DNA of 64,000 nucleotides, taken from the NCBI GenBank assembly GCA_038087875.1, contig CM075993.1:2730001-2794000 (forward strand), written 5' to 3'. A program made the position numbers and the translations under genes. Shown in pieces: positions 30,147 through 43,930 of this stretch. Within the stretch, counting starts at the first letter, position 1; each line of letters starts with the position of its first letter. This DNA comes from Malacoraja senta (taxonomy: Eukaryota). The notes beneath the pieces were generated by a model. It worked only from the letters and a program-made list of their open reading frames with translations. It searched no databases and was not told where the DNA came from.

Positions 30147-30904
30147 ATTTGTTTATATATATATCATACACACAGTATATATACATTTAGAGTAGACACA
30201 AAATGCTGGAGTAACTCAACGGGTCAGGCAGCATCTCTGGAGAGAAGGAATGGGTGACGTTTCAGCTCAAGACCCGAAACATCACCCTTTCCTTCCCTCC
30301 AGAGATGCTGCCTGACCCGCTGAGTTACTCCAGCATTTAGTGTCGACCAGGTTTGTACGTTAATTGGCTTGGTGTATGTGTAAATTGTCCCTAGTGTGTG
30401 TAGGATAGTGTTAATGTGCGGGGATCGCTGGTCGGCGCGGACCTGATGGGCCAAAGGGCCTGTTTCAGCACTGTATCTTTTAAACTAAACTAAATATCTT
30501 TGTACACTGTCATAACATTCTGACAATGTTTGCCTTTTCGAAGCAAACAAATTGCCATCAGTAAAGTTTTTACACGTTGATTTGTCTTTTCCGAGACATG
30601 ACTTAGAAAGAGAGATATCGTTTATCTGTTCAATTATCCGTGAAACCAGAAGAGACATGCAAGACGCGAGTCTGCTCACTCAGCGAGATTCTGTCTGAAC
30701 TTCTAAATAAACTCCACTTCCCTGCCAGGTCTCATTTTGCTCAATTCCCCTTATCCGACTCAGTCTGGAATAGAACCAAGGAAGGAGGAGTCACGCTCAA
30801 TGCAATATCCATGTCCTCCAGAGATGCTGCCTGACCCACTGCTAATCCAGCACTTTGTGTCCTTTTGTGTATTAACCAGCCAGACATAAAAACAGATTGT
30901 TCCA

Positions 30905-31150
30905 CTGAATTTGGTGGCCTGCACTCTGCTTGAAATGCTATGAAACTGGATTTGGTGGCCTGCACTCTGCTTGAAATGCAATGAAATTGAATTTGGTGGC
31001 CTGCACTCTGCTTGAAATGCAATGAAATTGAATTTGGTGGCCTGCACTCTGCTTGAAATGCAATGAAATTGAATTTGGTGGCCTGCACTCTGCTTGAAAT
31101 GCAATGAAATTGAATTTGGTGGCCTGCAATCTGCTTGAAATGCAATTGAA
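30905..31150. repeat. Second array of the 41-bp minisatellite (about 6 units), outside the Helitron
   Basis: Same unit; mostly the gcaatgaaa variant. Confidence 0.93.
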
Positions 31151-31458
31151 ATAATTGCAGTAGCTCTACTCAATAATCAAAAGTCTGTAGCCTCCTTCTG
31201 CTCTGGTATTTTATTTCATTCTCATGTTTAAACTATAATGTTTCATTGTTAATGTTTTCATGTTTTATGTTTTATTTTTAATTGTTCACTGCATGTTGTA
31301 TTGTTACTTGCGAGCGGAGCACCAAGGCAAATTCCTTGTATGTGAATATACTTGGCCAATAAACCTATTCATTCATTTATTCATCTGCAGTTTCTCGTTT
31401 GGACATTGTTCCCTCAAACCTATTTGGCTGAGATAAGCTATGAAACCCCATGAATGGC

Positions 31459-31489
<31 letters not shown>

Positions 31490-32012
31490 ACAGGGAGAGG
31501 GAGAGGGAGGGAGAGGGAGAAAGGGAGGGAGAGACAGAGGGGAGAGAGAGGGAGATGGAAGGAGAGAGAGAGGGAGAGAGAGGGAGAGAGAGAGGGAGAG
31601 AGAGAGACTGGGAGGGAGAGAGAGAGAGAGAGGGAGAGAAAGAGGGAGAGGGAGGGGGGAGAGGGAGAGGGAGAGGGAGAATGTGTGAAAGAGAGAGAGA
31701 GAGAGAGGGAAGAAAGAGGGAGAGGGAGGGGGGAGAGGGAGAGGGGAGGGAGAATGTGTGAAAGAGAGAGAGAGAGAGAGGGAGAGAGGGAGAGGGAGAG
31801 GGAGAGAGGGAGAGGGAGAGGGAGGGAGGGGGAGGGAGAGGGAGAGGGAGAGGGAGAGGGAGAGGGAGAGGGAGAGGGAGAGGGAGAGGGAGAGGGAGAG
31901 GGAGGGGGAGAGGGAGAGGGAGAGGGAGAGGGAGAGGGAGGGAGGGAGAGGGAGGGAGGGAGAGGGAAGGAGGGAGAGCGCAAAAGGGAAGGAGAGAGGG
32001 AGAGAGAGAGAG
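31459..32012. repeat. (GAGAGG)n/(GA)n polypurine microsatellite
   Basis: Direct reading. Confidence 0.96.
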
Positions 32013-32534
32013 ATGGATATAGACAGAGAACGTCAGATATAGAGGTAGAGAACTCACAACAGTGTTCAAGTGACTGGAATGTGAACTCTCAATATTGTCC
32101 TCAAACTGTGAGCGTAATCCATACAACATGCAATCGTGTTGGACACAAGCTGTCGGACTCAGTACTCTTTGTGTCTAAGGTTAAGGGATTGATGGCTGCA
32201 GCAGAATATCAAAGAATGGAACTACATCGAGTGTGAGTCTGATTAGATTAGGGTGGATGGCCCTCTTGAACGATGACATGGTCATTTCTTGAGTGGGGAA
32301 GCTCCTCGTGTCATGAATTACGTTGACTTGTGGATTTTTTAAAATGTTCATAACCTGAGAACCTCATTTCGAGCATTTTGTCCCACAGCAGTGAGACCCT
32401 GTCAATAGAAATTCAATTTCCATTACTTCTGGGATTCGACCAGCTATAAAAGTCCTTTAAATCAGGACCTGTTTTGCTTCAACTTGATCTCCCAGCCACT
32501 CTCAAATTCCCCATACACTCACTGCTTTGAATCA

Positions 32535-33037
32535 GAAGATAAGCACAAAATGCTGGAGGAACTCAGCGGGTTGGGCAGCATCTCTACAGAAAAGGAATGG
32601 GTGACGTTTTGGGTTGAGACCCTTCTTCAGACTGATGTCAGCGGAGGGGGCGGGAGATAGAATGTAGTCGGAGACAGTAAGACTAGTGGGAGAATTGGGA
32701 ATGAGGAGGGGATGGAGAGAGAGAGAAAGCAAGGGTTACTTGAAGTTAGAGAAGTCAATGTTCATACCGCTGGGGTGTAAGCTGCCCATGCGAAATATGA
32801 GGTGCTGTTCCTCCAATTTGTTCACTCTGGACAATGGAGGAGGCCCAGGACAGAAAGGTCAGATTGGGAATGGGAGGGGGAGTTGAAGAGCTGAGCCACC
32901 GGGAGATCAGCTTGGTTGAGGCGGACTGAGCGGAGGCGTTCAGCTAAACGATCGCCGAGCCTGCGCTTGGTCTCGCCGATGTGGAGGAGTTGACACCTGG
33001 AACAGCGGATGCAGTCGATGAGGTTGGAGGAGGTGCA
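32535..33037 (-). mobile_element. Penelope-like element fragment (GIY-YIG and pLTR)
   Basis: ORF 32822-33067 CTSSNLIDCIRCSRCQLLHIGETKRRLGDRL; hammerhead-like core near 32602-32630. Ends about 60 nt from the 33099 donor. Confidence 0.85.
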
Positions 33038-33098
33038 ATATATATATATATAGAGTGTAGTCCTCAATGGGAATGGAGGCTGGTGTTTGATGTCTTAC

Positions 33099-33179
33099 CT
33101 TCTCTCTGTTGCTGGGGGATGATTGGGGGTTGCTGTGGAAATGCCTGTCCAATGGGGGCATACGCTGCAGGGTAAGCTG
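33099..33179 (-). CDS. CELF6: CELF coding exon (linker end; 81 nt); absent from the ORF track
   Basis: [27 protein letters not shown](G). Acceptor ctctgtag followed by CAG (NAGNAG), donor gtaaga. Confidence 0.93.
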
Positions 33180-33341
33180 CTACAGAGGCAAAAAGAGTAA
33201 AACAAGGGATAAAATCAGTCTCATAAACTGACCAATTCATTCAGGTATATCCAGCATTCAGCATGTTCATTCAACATATTAATTGTCCTACAAACTATTG
33301 AACGCTGTACAAAATATTGACATTTGCTTCTTTAAGCATTA

Positions 33342-33844
33342 AACCCCTGTCCCACGGCTCTCCCGAGTTTGCCCTGAATTGAACTCGGAGATTTACGGCA
33401 ATGGCCGCTCGTCGGTACTCGGGGCTCTCGTGGACATTTTTCAACACGTTGAATAATCTTCACGAGTCTTCCCGTGCTTACCTGCCGTTAGCGAGTCTTC
33501 CCGAGTACCTGCCGTTAGCGCTAAGAGACGTCCCCGAGCTCCGACGTACCCGCTACGTTCATTCTCCGTGCTTACCACCAGTTTATTATTATTTTTTATT
33601 TTTTTATTTTTTAGAGATACTGCACAGAAACAGGCCCTTCGGCCCACCGGGTCCACGCCACCCAGCGATCCCCGCACATTAACACTATCCTACACCCACT
33701 CAGGACAATTTCTACATTTACCAAGCCAATTAACCTACAAAGCTGTACGTCTTTGGAGTGTAGGAGGAAACCAATGATCTCGGTTTGATTTTTTTAAAAC
33801 TCGGGAGAGCTCTTGGAATGAACTCGTACCGTGGGACAGGGGTA
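33342..33844. mobile_element. PIF/Harbinger-type MITE with a nested SINE fragment (about 33585-33782)
   Basis: TIRs acccctgtcccacgg / ccgtgggacaggggt; interior is the reverse complement of the 21790 family. Confidence 0.82.
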
Positions 33845-35083
33845 TAAGTTTATTATTTAGAGATATAGTATGGAAACAGGCCCTCTAGTCTTCCATGTTT
33901 CCACCCTGAGAAAAAGGTTCTGACTCTCTACCCTATCTAAGGCCAACTTAATTTTTATATGTTTCTAGTAAATCTCCCGTCAGCATCCAATGCTCAGAGA
34001 AGACCACACAAGTTTGGCCTAACTAATGCCCTCCAATCCAGTCAGTTTTCTGCTAAACACCTGTTGCACCTTCTCCAAAGCCTACACATCCTTCCTGTAC
34101 AGGGTCAACCAGAACTGCACACAATACTACTCCTTGGAGCGCAGGAGGATGAGGGGTGATCTTATAGAGGTGTACAAAATCATGAGAGGAATAGATCGGG
34201 TAGACGCACAGAGTCTCTCGCCCAGAGTAGGGGAATCGAGGACCAGAGGACATAGGTTTAAGGTGAAGGGGAAAAAAGTTAATAGGAATGTGCTTTTATA
34301 GTCGTATGAAGATGCCTTACAATGTTCTAAGTTTGGCCATACTTACCAAATTGAGTAACAAGAATAGACCTTTTTATTCTTGTAATCCCTTAAGCCAGTT
34401 CATAGGAATCTGAGGGGTGACTTTTTCACACAAAGGGCGGTGGGTGTATGGAACGAGATGCCAGAGGAGGTAGTTGAGGCAGGGAACTATCCCAACATTT
34501 AAGAAGCAGTTAGACAGGTACATGGATAGGACAGGTTTGGAGGGATGTGGACCAAATGCAGGCAGGTGGGACTAGTGTAGCTGGGGCATGTTGGCCGGTG
34601 TGGGCAAGTTGGGCCGAAGGGCTTTGTTTCCACGCTGTATCACTCTATGACTCTGAATGTGGCATTAATCAGGAATAGTAGGTGAAGCCTTGCGTTGATG
34701 CCATATCTTGGAATATCAATGGCAAATGAGAGAATGGATCTCTCTCCCACAATAAGTGTTGAGGATCAATTAAAACTCAGCCAAATGAGACGGGATCGAT
34801 CTTTATTTCACTTACTTTCTCAACTGGACAATCAGTGATTTAATGTTGTCTGACAGGGCAGCCACTTACTGTTGTGTTCAGACAGCTGCTATCATCCGAT
34901 TACGTCAACTGTTTACTGTTCATCTATTTTCATTGGGGAATAAGAGATAGAGGGAGGCAACGTAATCATCTGCTGACGTATGAAGGCCAGCGAGGCAGAA
35001 GGCAAGAAGAAATGAGCCAGAATCTCATCCAATGTCAAGAACTGGCTTAAGGGTTTGCAAGAGTGAAAGGTCTATTCTTGTTA

Positions 35084-35309
35084 AGGCCCTGTCCCACTTT
35101 CACGACCTCTGCCGAGTTTGCCCTTGACTCATACTCGCAGCATGGTCGTCACGAGGTCGTGGGAGGTTGTAGGTAGGTCGTAGCAGGCCGTGATGCTAGT
35201 CGTAGGTACTCGTGGCATCAATGTGGGCCGGGGCGTTTTTCTAGCCTGATGAAAAATGTCCACGAGTAAAAAAGGTCGTGAATTAGGTCGTGAAAGTGGG
35301 ACCGGCCCT
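35084..35309. mobile_element. PIF/Harbinger-type MITE
   Basis: TIR core tcccactttcacgacct; TTA on both sides; empty site preserved at 34287-34401. Confidence 0.9.
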
Positions 35310-35507
35310 TTACTCAATTTAGTAAGTATGGCCAAACTTAGAGGCCTACAGAGCATTGTAGGACATCTTCACACCACTAGAAAAGCACATTGATGTCATA
35401 AGATCACTCTTTCATTTTTTGTTTTAGCATTTGTTCCTTTAACAGTATTGTTCTACCCCATTCAAATTCTTGAATGTTCTCCATATTAATTTCAAATAAT
35501 AGTCTTA

Positions 35508-35697
35508 AGGGCCTGTCCCACTTGCGTAATTTGCGCGTCACGCAAATGGCGCGCGAAGATTTTGTACATCCCAAAATCCTGGGGCGGCCACGCGTCACTG
35601 CCTACGTCACCACGCACCATGCGTGCGTCGTGCATCGTGACGCGTAAATGATGTCACGTAAATTACGCGCAAATGACGCCCAAGTGGGACAGGCCCT
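35508..35697. mobile_element. PIF/Harbinger-type MITE
   Basis: TIRs agggcctgtcccacttg; TTA on both sides. Confidence 0.87.
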
Positions 35698-36049
35698 TTA
35701 GTTTAGTCTGGTTCATTTCAGTTCAGTTTAGTTCAATTTAGTGTAGTTTAGTTTCGTTTAGAGATACAGCATGGAAACAGGCCCTTCGGCCCACCGAGTC
35801 CACGCCGACCATTTATCACCCATTCACACTAGTTCTACGTTATCCCACTTTTGCATCAGACACACAAAAACAAACTCCTCGCTATGGTTAAGACATACAA
35901 ATCCTTCAAAAGCTGTCTGCTCCTCAAACTCCCCGTGAAGCTTTGGTATGAGTTGTCTGCGAGTAACACTGACCCCTTTTGTAAAACAGTGCAAAAGTCA
36001 ACAGAATGGATAGAAAGTGGGCCATAGTTACGTAAGCAATGTTAATGAC

Positions 36050-36112
36050 CTGTATACTGCTGCATGCCCGTGTATGCTTGCTGGAGTGGGTCGGCCACCG
36101 TTGGACTTTGAG
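36050..36112 (-). CDS. CELF6: CELF coding exon (linker; 63 nt)
   Basis: AQSPTVADPLQQAYTGMQQYT. Acceptor ctgcctag, weak donor gtcatt; read-through hits TAA after 2 codons. Confidence 0.88.
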
Positions 36113-39100
36113 CTAGGCAGACAATAAAAGGCAAGAGAGGAAGAACAAGGTTAACTACGGCAGATTCATCACCGTAAAATACACCAGAGTACAGATAAAT
36201 ACCCATACAGAATGGATGAAAATCTTGGATCCATCCCGCCATACAGCATGGAAACTGGCCCTGTGGCCCGCAACTGGAGTAACTCAGCGGGACAGGCAGC
36301 ATCTCTGGAGCGAAGGGATGGGTGACGTTTCGGGTCGAGACCCTTCTTGTTCCCTACAGTTTCAGTTTAGTTTATTGTCACGTGTACCAGGGTACAGTGC
36401 AAAGCTTTCGTCACGTGCTAACCAGTTGGCGCAAAGACAACACATGATTACAATCGAGCCGTTCACAGTGTACAGATTTGGTTTCAAGGTCTCAAGGTCA
36501 GCTTATTGTCACATCTACCAATTAAGGTACAGTGAAATTCGAGTTCCCATAGATGATAAGGGAGTAGCGTTAAGCACACGGTGAAGCCAGCAAATACCGA
36601 ACTAACGGTAGTCCAAGGGTCACCAATGAGGTAGATAGTCGAAATTCGAAAGGAAACATAGTAAATGGGTACAGAAACAGGCCATTTGGCCCTTCGAGCC
36701 AGCACCGCCATTCAATATGATCGAGGCACGCCTTTGGCCCACAATGTCTGTATCGAACATAATGTCAAGACCAATTCTTATCTGCTTGGACATGATCCAT
36801 ATCCATGTGTCTATCCAAAAGTCTCTTAAATGCCACTGTCATATCTGCCTCCACCACCACCACCCACTGTAACACATTCCAAGCTCCCACCACCCTCTGT
36901 GTAAAAGAGCTTGTCCCCTGCACGTCTCATAGACAATAGACTATAGACAATAGGTGCAGGAGTAGGCCATTCAGCCCTTTGAGCCAGCACCGCCATTCAA
37001 TGTGATCATGGCTGATCATCCCCAATCAGTACCCCGTTCCTGCCTTCTCCCCATATCCCCTGATTCCGCTATCTTTAAGAGCTCTATCTAGCTCTCTCTT
37101 GAAAGCATCCAGGGAATTGGCCTCCACTGCCTTCTGTGGCAGAGAATTCCACAGATTCACAACTCTCTGGGTGAAACATTTTTCCTCTTCTCAGTCCTCA
37201 ATGGCCTTCCCCTTATTCTTAAACTGTGACCCCTGGTTCTGGACTCCCCCAACATCGGGAACATTTTTCCTGCATCAAGCCTGTCCAATCCCTTAAAGCA
37301 TTTATATGTTTCTATAAGATCCGCTCTCTACTTTCCAAACTCCAGTGAATACAAGCCCAGTCAACCCATTCTTTCATCATATGTCAGTCCCGCCATCCCT
37401 GGTGAATCTACGCTGCAATCTATCTATCTACCTATCATCCAAAATCCGTACCCGTTCCTGCTTTCTCCCCATATCCCTTGATTCCGTTAGCCCAAAGAGC
37501 TAAATCTAACTCCCTCCTGAATACCTCCTACTGTATATCTAACTCTCTCTTGAATACATCAAGAAAGTAGTCACCTGTCGAAATCCTGGATTCAAATGTG
37601 GATTTTAACCGATTAGGTTTCTCCAGTCAATATCTGTCCGCACAATAAAAGTCAAAGCGTGACAGATGAACAAAATACCAAGGAATGTGATGGATGGTAC
37701 CGACCTGTAAAAGTGGATTTAAAGTCTATTGAAACCAAGCAGGCGTATAACTACCTTGCCAATCATCAGTCCAAAATAACATTGGAATTAAACGCCAGCA
37801 GACATAGCTGGAGGTAGACACAAGAAAGACCCTTCTTCAGACCCGAAACGTCGCCCATTCCTTCTCTCCAGAGATGCTGCCTCACCGGCCGAGTTACTCC
37901 AGCATTTTGAGTCTACCTTCGATTTAAACCAGCATCTGCAGTTCTTCTTAGACATAGCTGGAAAATCAACTCCGTTTGTACTCATGGTTAAATAATATTT
38001 AATACTTACCAATTCCCTACGTAAATTGGGATCTCTAATGATCTAAAATCAGAAATAATACTCTGGAGGTTAGAGTTTGACATAGCTAAAGCCCAAACTA
38101 TTATTTACCTACTATCTACCTCATTGGTGACCCTCGGACCTTCTTTGAGCAGACTTTACTGGCTTCAACTCGAACTAAACATTATTTCCTTATCATACAT
38201 ATAAGATTCTTAAAGGATTGGACAGGCTAGATGCAGGAAAAATGTTGGGGGAGTCCAGAACCAGGGGTCACAGTTTAAGAATAAGGGGTCGGCCATTTAG
38301 GACTGAGATGAGGAAAAAGCTCTTCACCCAGAGAGTTGTGAATCTGTGGAATTCTCTGCCACAGAAGGCAGTGGAGGCCGATTCACTGGATGTTTTCAAG
38401 GGAGAGTTAGATTTAGCTCTTAGGGCTAATGGAATCAAGGGATACTGATTTTGGATGATCACCCATGATCTTATTGAAGTGTGGGAGGAAACCGAAGATC
38501 TCGGAGAAAACCCACGCAGGGGAATGTATAAATTCTGTACCCGGGTCTCTGGCGCTGTAAGACAGTAACTCTACCGTTGCACCACCCTGCCTCCCATGCT
38601 TACATCAATCCCATTTGTTAATTCTCCCCTCATTCCCATCAACTCTCCCAAGATTCTGCCATTCACCGATACACTCGGGACAACTAGCACGTCTTAAGGA
38701 GGTGGAAGGAAATCAGAACACTCAAAGCTGCCTGGTCTTCTGGAGAACGTGCAACCTCCACACAGGCAGGGTTGAACCTGAGTCTCTGGCATTGCATTAT
38801 TGGGTACTTTTAAAGTGGAGACTTATAGGTTATTGATTAGTACGGGTGTCAAAGGGGAGAAGGCAGGAGAATGGGGTTAGGAGGGAGAGATAGATCAGCC
38901 ATGATTAATGGCTTGGATAGTGGATGTAAAGAGGATGTTTCCACTAGTGGGAGAGTCTAGGACTTGAGGTCACAGCCTCAGACTAAAAGGACATTTCTTT
39001 AGGAAGGAGATGAGGTGGAATTTCTTTAGTCAGAGGGTTGCATATCTGTGGAATTAATTGCCACAGACGGCAGTGGAGGCCAAGTCAATGGATATTTTTA

Positions 39101-39447
39101 AGGCAGAGATTGATAGACTTGATTAGTACGGGTGTCAAGGGTTATGGGGAGAAGGCAGGAGAATGGGGTTGAGAGGGAGAAACAGATCAGCCATGATTGA
39201 ATGGCGGAGTAGACTTTTCACCGGCTGAATAACTTAATTCTGCTTCTATGACTTAGGAACTAATGGAATGGTGGAGCAGGCTCAATGGGCTGAATGGCCT
39301 AATTCTGCTCCCATGACTTGCAATCTTATTACAAGATATCCAAGGTAATTTAATGACTGCCCTGTAAATATTTCCTACTGACCTATTTTTCCATTTCACA
39401 CACGTGCTTAATGCCCAGATGCCTTAGTTAGGCACACCTTGACTGCT

Positions 39448-39920
39448 TGTGAGGAAGGGACTCCAGATGCTGGTTTAAACCGAAGACAGACACAAAATGC
39501 TGGTGTAACTCAGCATCAGGCAGCATCTCTGGAGAAAAGGAATGGGTGACGTTTCGGCTCGAGACCCTTCTTCAGACTAGAGTCAGGGGAAAGGGAAACG
39601 ATAGATATCGACGGTGATATAACACAAATGAATGAAAGATATGCAAAAAAGTAACGATGATAAAGGAAACAGGCCATTGTTAGTTTTTTTGCTGGATGAG
39701 AACAAGAAACTGGTGCGACTTGGGTGGGGGAGGGATGGAGAGAGAGGGAATGCAGGGGTTATTTGAAGTTAGAGAAATCAAGATTCATACCACTGGGTTG
39801 TAAGCTGCCCAAGCGAAATATGAGATGCTGTTCCTCCAATTTGCGATTAGCCTCACTCTGACAATGGAGGAGACCTAGGACAGAAAGATCAGTGTGGGAA
39901 TGGGAAGGAGAATTAAAGTG
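39448..39920 (-). mobile_element. Penelope-like element 3' fragment
   Basis: ORF 39759-39977 HFNSPSHSHTDLSVLGLLHCQSEANRKLEEQHLIFRLG; hammerhead core at 39548-39575. Confidence 0.82.
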
Positions 39921-41014
39921 GAAGATCAGATAGCTTTCTTTTTTTCCACCTTCTTTCACAAGTAAACACCGGTACATTAGCTGTCTAAATAATAAATGAA
40001 CAAGTGGATTAAATACGTAGATGACCGAATTAAGGGATAGGATGTTTGTATGCTTTAATTCGGAAAATAATATGAAAGAATAGGGACATCTTTGGACAGG
40101 GGATAGATAGATGATTGATTTGTAGACAACTTTAAGAAATAGCTAGATGGGTGATGAGTAGATTGAAAAGCGGAAACGCCGGATGATATTGCAGAGTGTG
40201 GACAGATGTTCAGCTCAGATAGATAGATTAGCTTGGTAGGAAATAATAGGTATATACAAAGGTTTGATTGAAAGATGCTATGTAGAATTACCTAGATAGT
40301 CAATGGACAAATCATTAGACCAGTTGTCAAGCTGGATAAAAGGATGGATTGTCAAGGTAGATAAATAGATTACTTTGATAATTGGTTGCATTACAGGACA
40401 GGACTGGGATAGATTTATTGACCTAATGACAAATGGATGGATCGCTTGATTAAAATAGACTCGCGACGCGAAATAAATTTCTGCCCTCTGAGAGAAAAAA
40501 AAAATCTCTTCAAACAAGGAAAGAAAAATGATTTTGAGTTACTCAAAGGCTGTTCCATAAAGGTCGTAAAAAAAACAAAGCGTGGCCAGATATTGACAGA
40601 AAAAAAAAATTACAATTACTGTTATCAAGCAGGACTGTGGAGAAATGCCAAGAAGGATTTCAATTATATCTCTTTGATGACAAAAGCATTGGTCAGATTC
40701 GCTGAATAGATATGCCAGCAACTTAAAGGAACTGACACACAAGCATTGCTCGGCTTTCCTTAAATGTACTTCATAACTACTGTATCAGGTGCCATTTATA
40801 TTTTAGATGGCAGTGTCAGTAAGTACAAATTATGAGTGGGTTTTTAACGAGGAGTTCACTGCCTCTTGGTAGCTTTATAAGGTGCTGCATAGGTTCCACG
40901 TACATTGTGGCCGCTTCCCATCGTCTCATGTCTGCATGTCAAGTTCACAAGAGTCGGACGGAATTGCAGATGCTGGTTTAAACCGAAGATAGACACAAAA
41001 AGCTGGAGCGATAA

Positions 41015-41406
41015 AGGGCCTGTCCCACTTAGGAGGCCTAAACAGCAACCTCTGGTGACCTTGCCCGCCACCCAAGGTTTCCATGAGGTCACCGGAGGTT
41101 TTGGTCACTCTCCCTAATGGTCGAAAGTGGTTTCCGCGTGGTCGAGGCTTCATCTCGGTTGCAGCTATTTTTTCATCGTGATTAAGACGGGCCTCGACTA
41201 AAAATAGGTTGCCGTTTTAAAAACCGATCATTTTTTAGTCGCTGGTCTAGTCGAAGCTGGTTTTCTTCATAGTCGAGGAAGGTTTTCAACATATGCGTGG
41301 GAGGTGGTAGGAGGTTGCAGGTCACCTCGACCTTGATTTTTTTTTTTGGGTGGCGGGCAAGGTCACCAGAGGTTGCTGTTTAGGTCTCCTAAGTGGGACA
41401 GGCCCT
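41015..41406. mobile_element. PIF/Harbinger-type MITE nested in a Penelope pLTR-derived repeat
   Basis: Long TIRs; TAA duplicated at the ggagTAActcagc site of the host repeat. Confidence 0.9.
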
Positions 41407-42056
41407 TAACTCAGCGGGACAGGCAGCATCTCTGGAGAGAAGGAATGGGTGACGTTTCGGGTCCCGAAACGTCACCCATTCCTTCTCTCCAGAGATGCTG
41501 CCTGTCCCGCTGAATTACTCCAGCTTTTTGTGTCTATCTTCAAGCCCACAGGTGGCCAACAGCTTAAAAATGGCCTGTTTTTCTATATCTCTCTCTACCT
41601 CCGTCTATATCTCTCGTTTCCCTGTCCCCTGACTCTGCAGTTCCTTCCTACACATGCCAAACTTTGGTTCATTAATTGTGCCTGACCATAATTTGCTGAA
41701 AGTGATCTGTTTATTACCAAAAAAAGATCCGGTTATGCCAACATAAACTTGCAATTACTTGCGCGTAAATAGATTCCGCCTCGTTACGCCATTTTAAAAA
41801 TCCATTTGACTGATGGGCCCTACCTTAATGAGGTTCTATTGCCACGGCATAGCGCTCAATTTAAATAATTATAGAAGGGTTCGAATTCATATTAGTTGGA
41901 TTATGAAAATGAACACATCTTTATTAAACTGAGCCAAGCACAGCTCGGTAACTTCACAGTGGCAAAGAAATTACGTGAAGGCTTGAATAATGCGCAAAAA
42001 ATGGTTAATTAAGGATTGCAAAGCTGTTGCAAACACATCGGTTGTAAGTGGGCTAA

Positions 42057-42496
42057 AGGGCCTGTCCCACTTGGTGATTTTTTTCAGCGACTGCCGGCAA
42101 CAACAGAGGACAACAGAGGAAGATGACTGAACTTTGGTGCCTTCCCTCACAGTGGGAAACTTTGATTCCGGTGTGTGGGGATGTCTATGTTAAAGGCTAT
42201 CGTGTTCTGTGCTCTTTTCTATTCGTATGGCTGTATGGTGACCACAAATTGCACCGTACCAATTGGTACATGTGACAATAAGTGTCTCTTGTCTCTTTGT
42301 CTTGTCTTGTCATTGACTGACGTATCAGGTCACCGAAAGATTCGCGGCGTGATGACGTATTGACGCGCGGTGTTTTTTCAAGTGTCACAACATTATTTTT
42401 CTGTTGCCGCTGGATTTTGAAAACTTCAAAATCTTTTGGCGACCCTGATATGATGCCGGCAGTCGCCGAAAAAAATCGCCAAGCGGGACAGGCCCT
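42057..42496. mobile_element. PIF/Harbinger-type MITE with a nested retroposon tail (about 42100-42310)
   Basis: TIRs agggcctgtcccacttgg / ccaagcgggacaggccct; flanks TAA and TAG. Confidence 0.8.
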
Positions 42497-43304
42497 TAGG
42501 GGTTTGAGAGCTCGAAGACAAAGCTTGAAGCAAGGTGAACAGTGTATCAGTGCACATTCTTCCATTGATTTTTACTAAGAACCAGTGGCATTCAGGGCAT
42601 GGTGTCATTTGAAAGCGAGGATGGCTTATTTAAAAAAAAAAAGATAATGTATGACACATCCTCTAAAAATTAAACACAGTGCGTTAGAATATTGGGTGTT
42701 GTATGGAGACGGTGATTATTTTGATCTAATCAACGAGGGAAGTAGTAGTGTGTAGGGAGGAACTGCAGATGATGGTTTAAACCAACGATAGGCACAAAAA
42801 GCTGGAGTAACTCAGCGGGACAGGCAGCATGACTGAGAACCACTTTTCCTGCCTCAAGCATTAAGCAGGACCATGTGTTGTGATGGAGCATACGTTGTGG
42901 TCTAGGCTGGGTGTTATCGTCACGTGTTCCGAGGTAAAGTGAAAAGCTTTGTTTTACATTCTATCTGAACAAATCAGATATACCATTAATAAATATAGTC
43001 CAGTCAAACTCAAGGGCAATAGATAGACCAAAGGGGAAGATGCAGAGTGCAGAATAAAATTCATAAGTTCTTAAGTTCCAGGAGCAGAATTAGGCCATTC
43101 AGCCCATCGAGTCTGCTCCATCCGGATGAGAAGAGCTCACCTCCCCCCCTCCCGTCCTCACCACTTTCTACAGGGGAACCGTAGAGAGCATTTTGACCAG
43201 CTGCATCTCTGTCTGGTTTGGGGACTGCAAATGTTCATTAATATGCACTGTCCCTGTTTAAAAAAAAAAAAATTGTTAATTGGATATTTTTTCTTGGTGT
43301 ATAC

Positions 43305-43454
43305 CTGGGTATGGATGGATGCCATTGGCGTAGATGGTTTCTGATGTTGGCTGTCCATTGGTCTGTGGTGGCATAGCACTGAACCCATTGACTGTAATTG
43401 GCGTGGCTATACTGGGTACAGCTGTGGCACTGATGCCAGGGGGAGTACTGGTAC
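43305..43454 (-). CDS. CELF6: CELF coding exon (linker; 150 nt)
   Basis: [50 protein letters not shown](A). Acceptor cttccgcag, donor gtatac. Confidence 0.93.
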
Positions 43455-43930
43455 CTGCGGAAGACAACAGATCATTGAAGAAAGTAGACTTCAGTAAGCA
43501 CAAGCCCTGCAAGGCTTCAAGCCCCGTTTCAGTTTTAGAGATACAACATGGAAACAGACCTCGTGGGTTTTCTCCAGGTGCTCCGGTTTCCACCCACACT
43601 CCAGGACTGTAGGTTAATTGGCTTTTGTAAATTGTTGGATAGAACTAGTGTAAGGGGGTGATCGCCAGTCGGCGTGGACTCGGTGGGCCTGTTTCCCCGC
43701 TGTATCTCTAAACTAAACCAAAGTTTGTAACAGGCAATTCTGTGAACCCTTCTGTACCAACTCCGATGATCCGCACCCCCTTCGTAAAGATGGCGATCTC
43801 TCACTGTGGCAACCTGTAGAAGGGGCAGCATGAATCCATGGCCAGACCCAAGATCAGGTCCAGGGCAAGCCATGGTCAACATTGCCGCAAGGCGCTTTCA
43901 ACACTGTTGAACCGCAGGAGAAAGGGCAAG

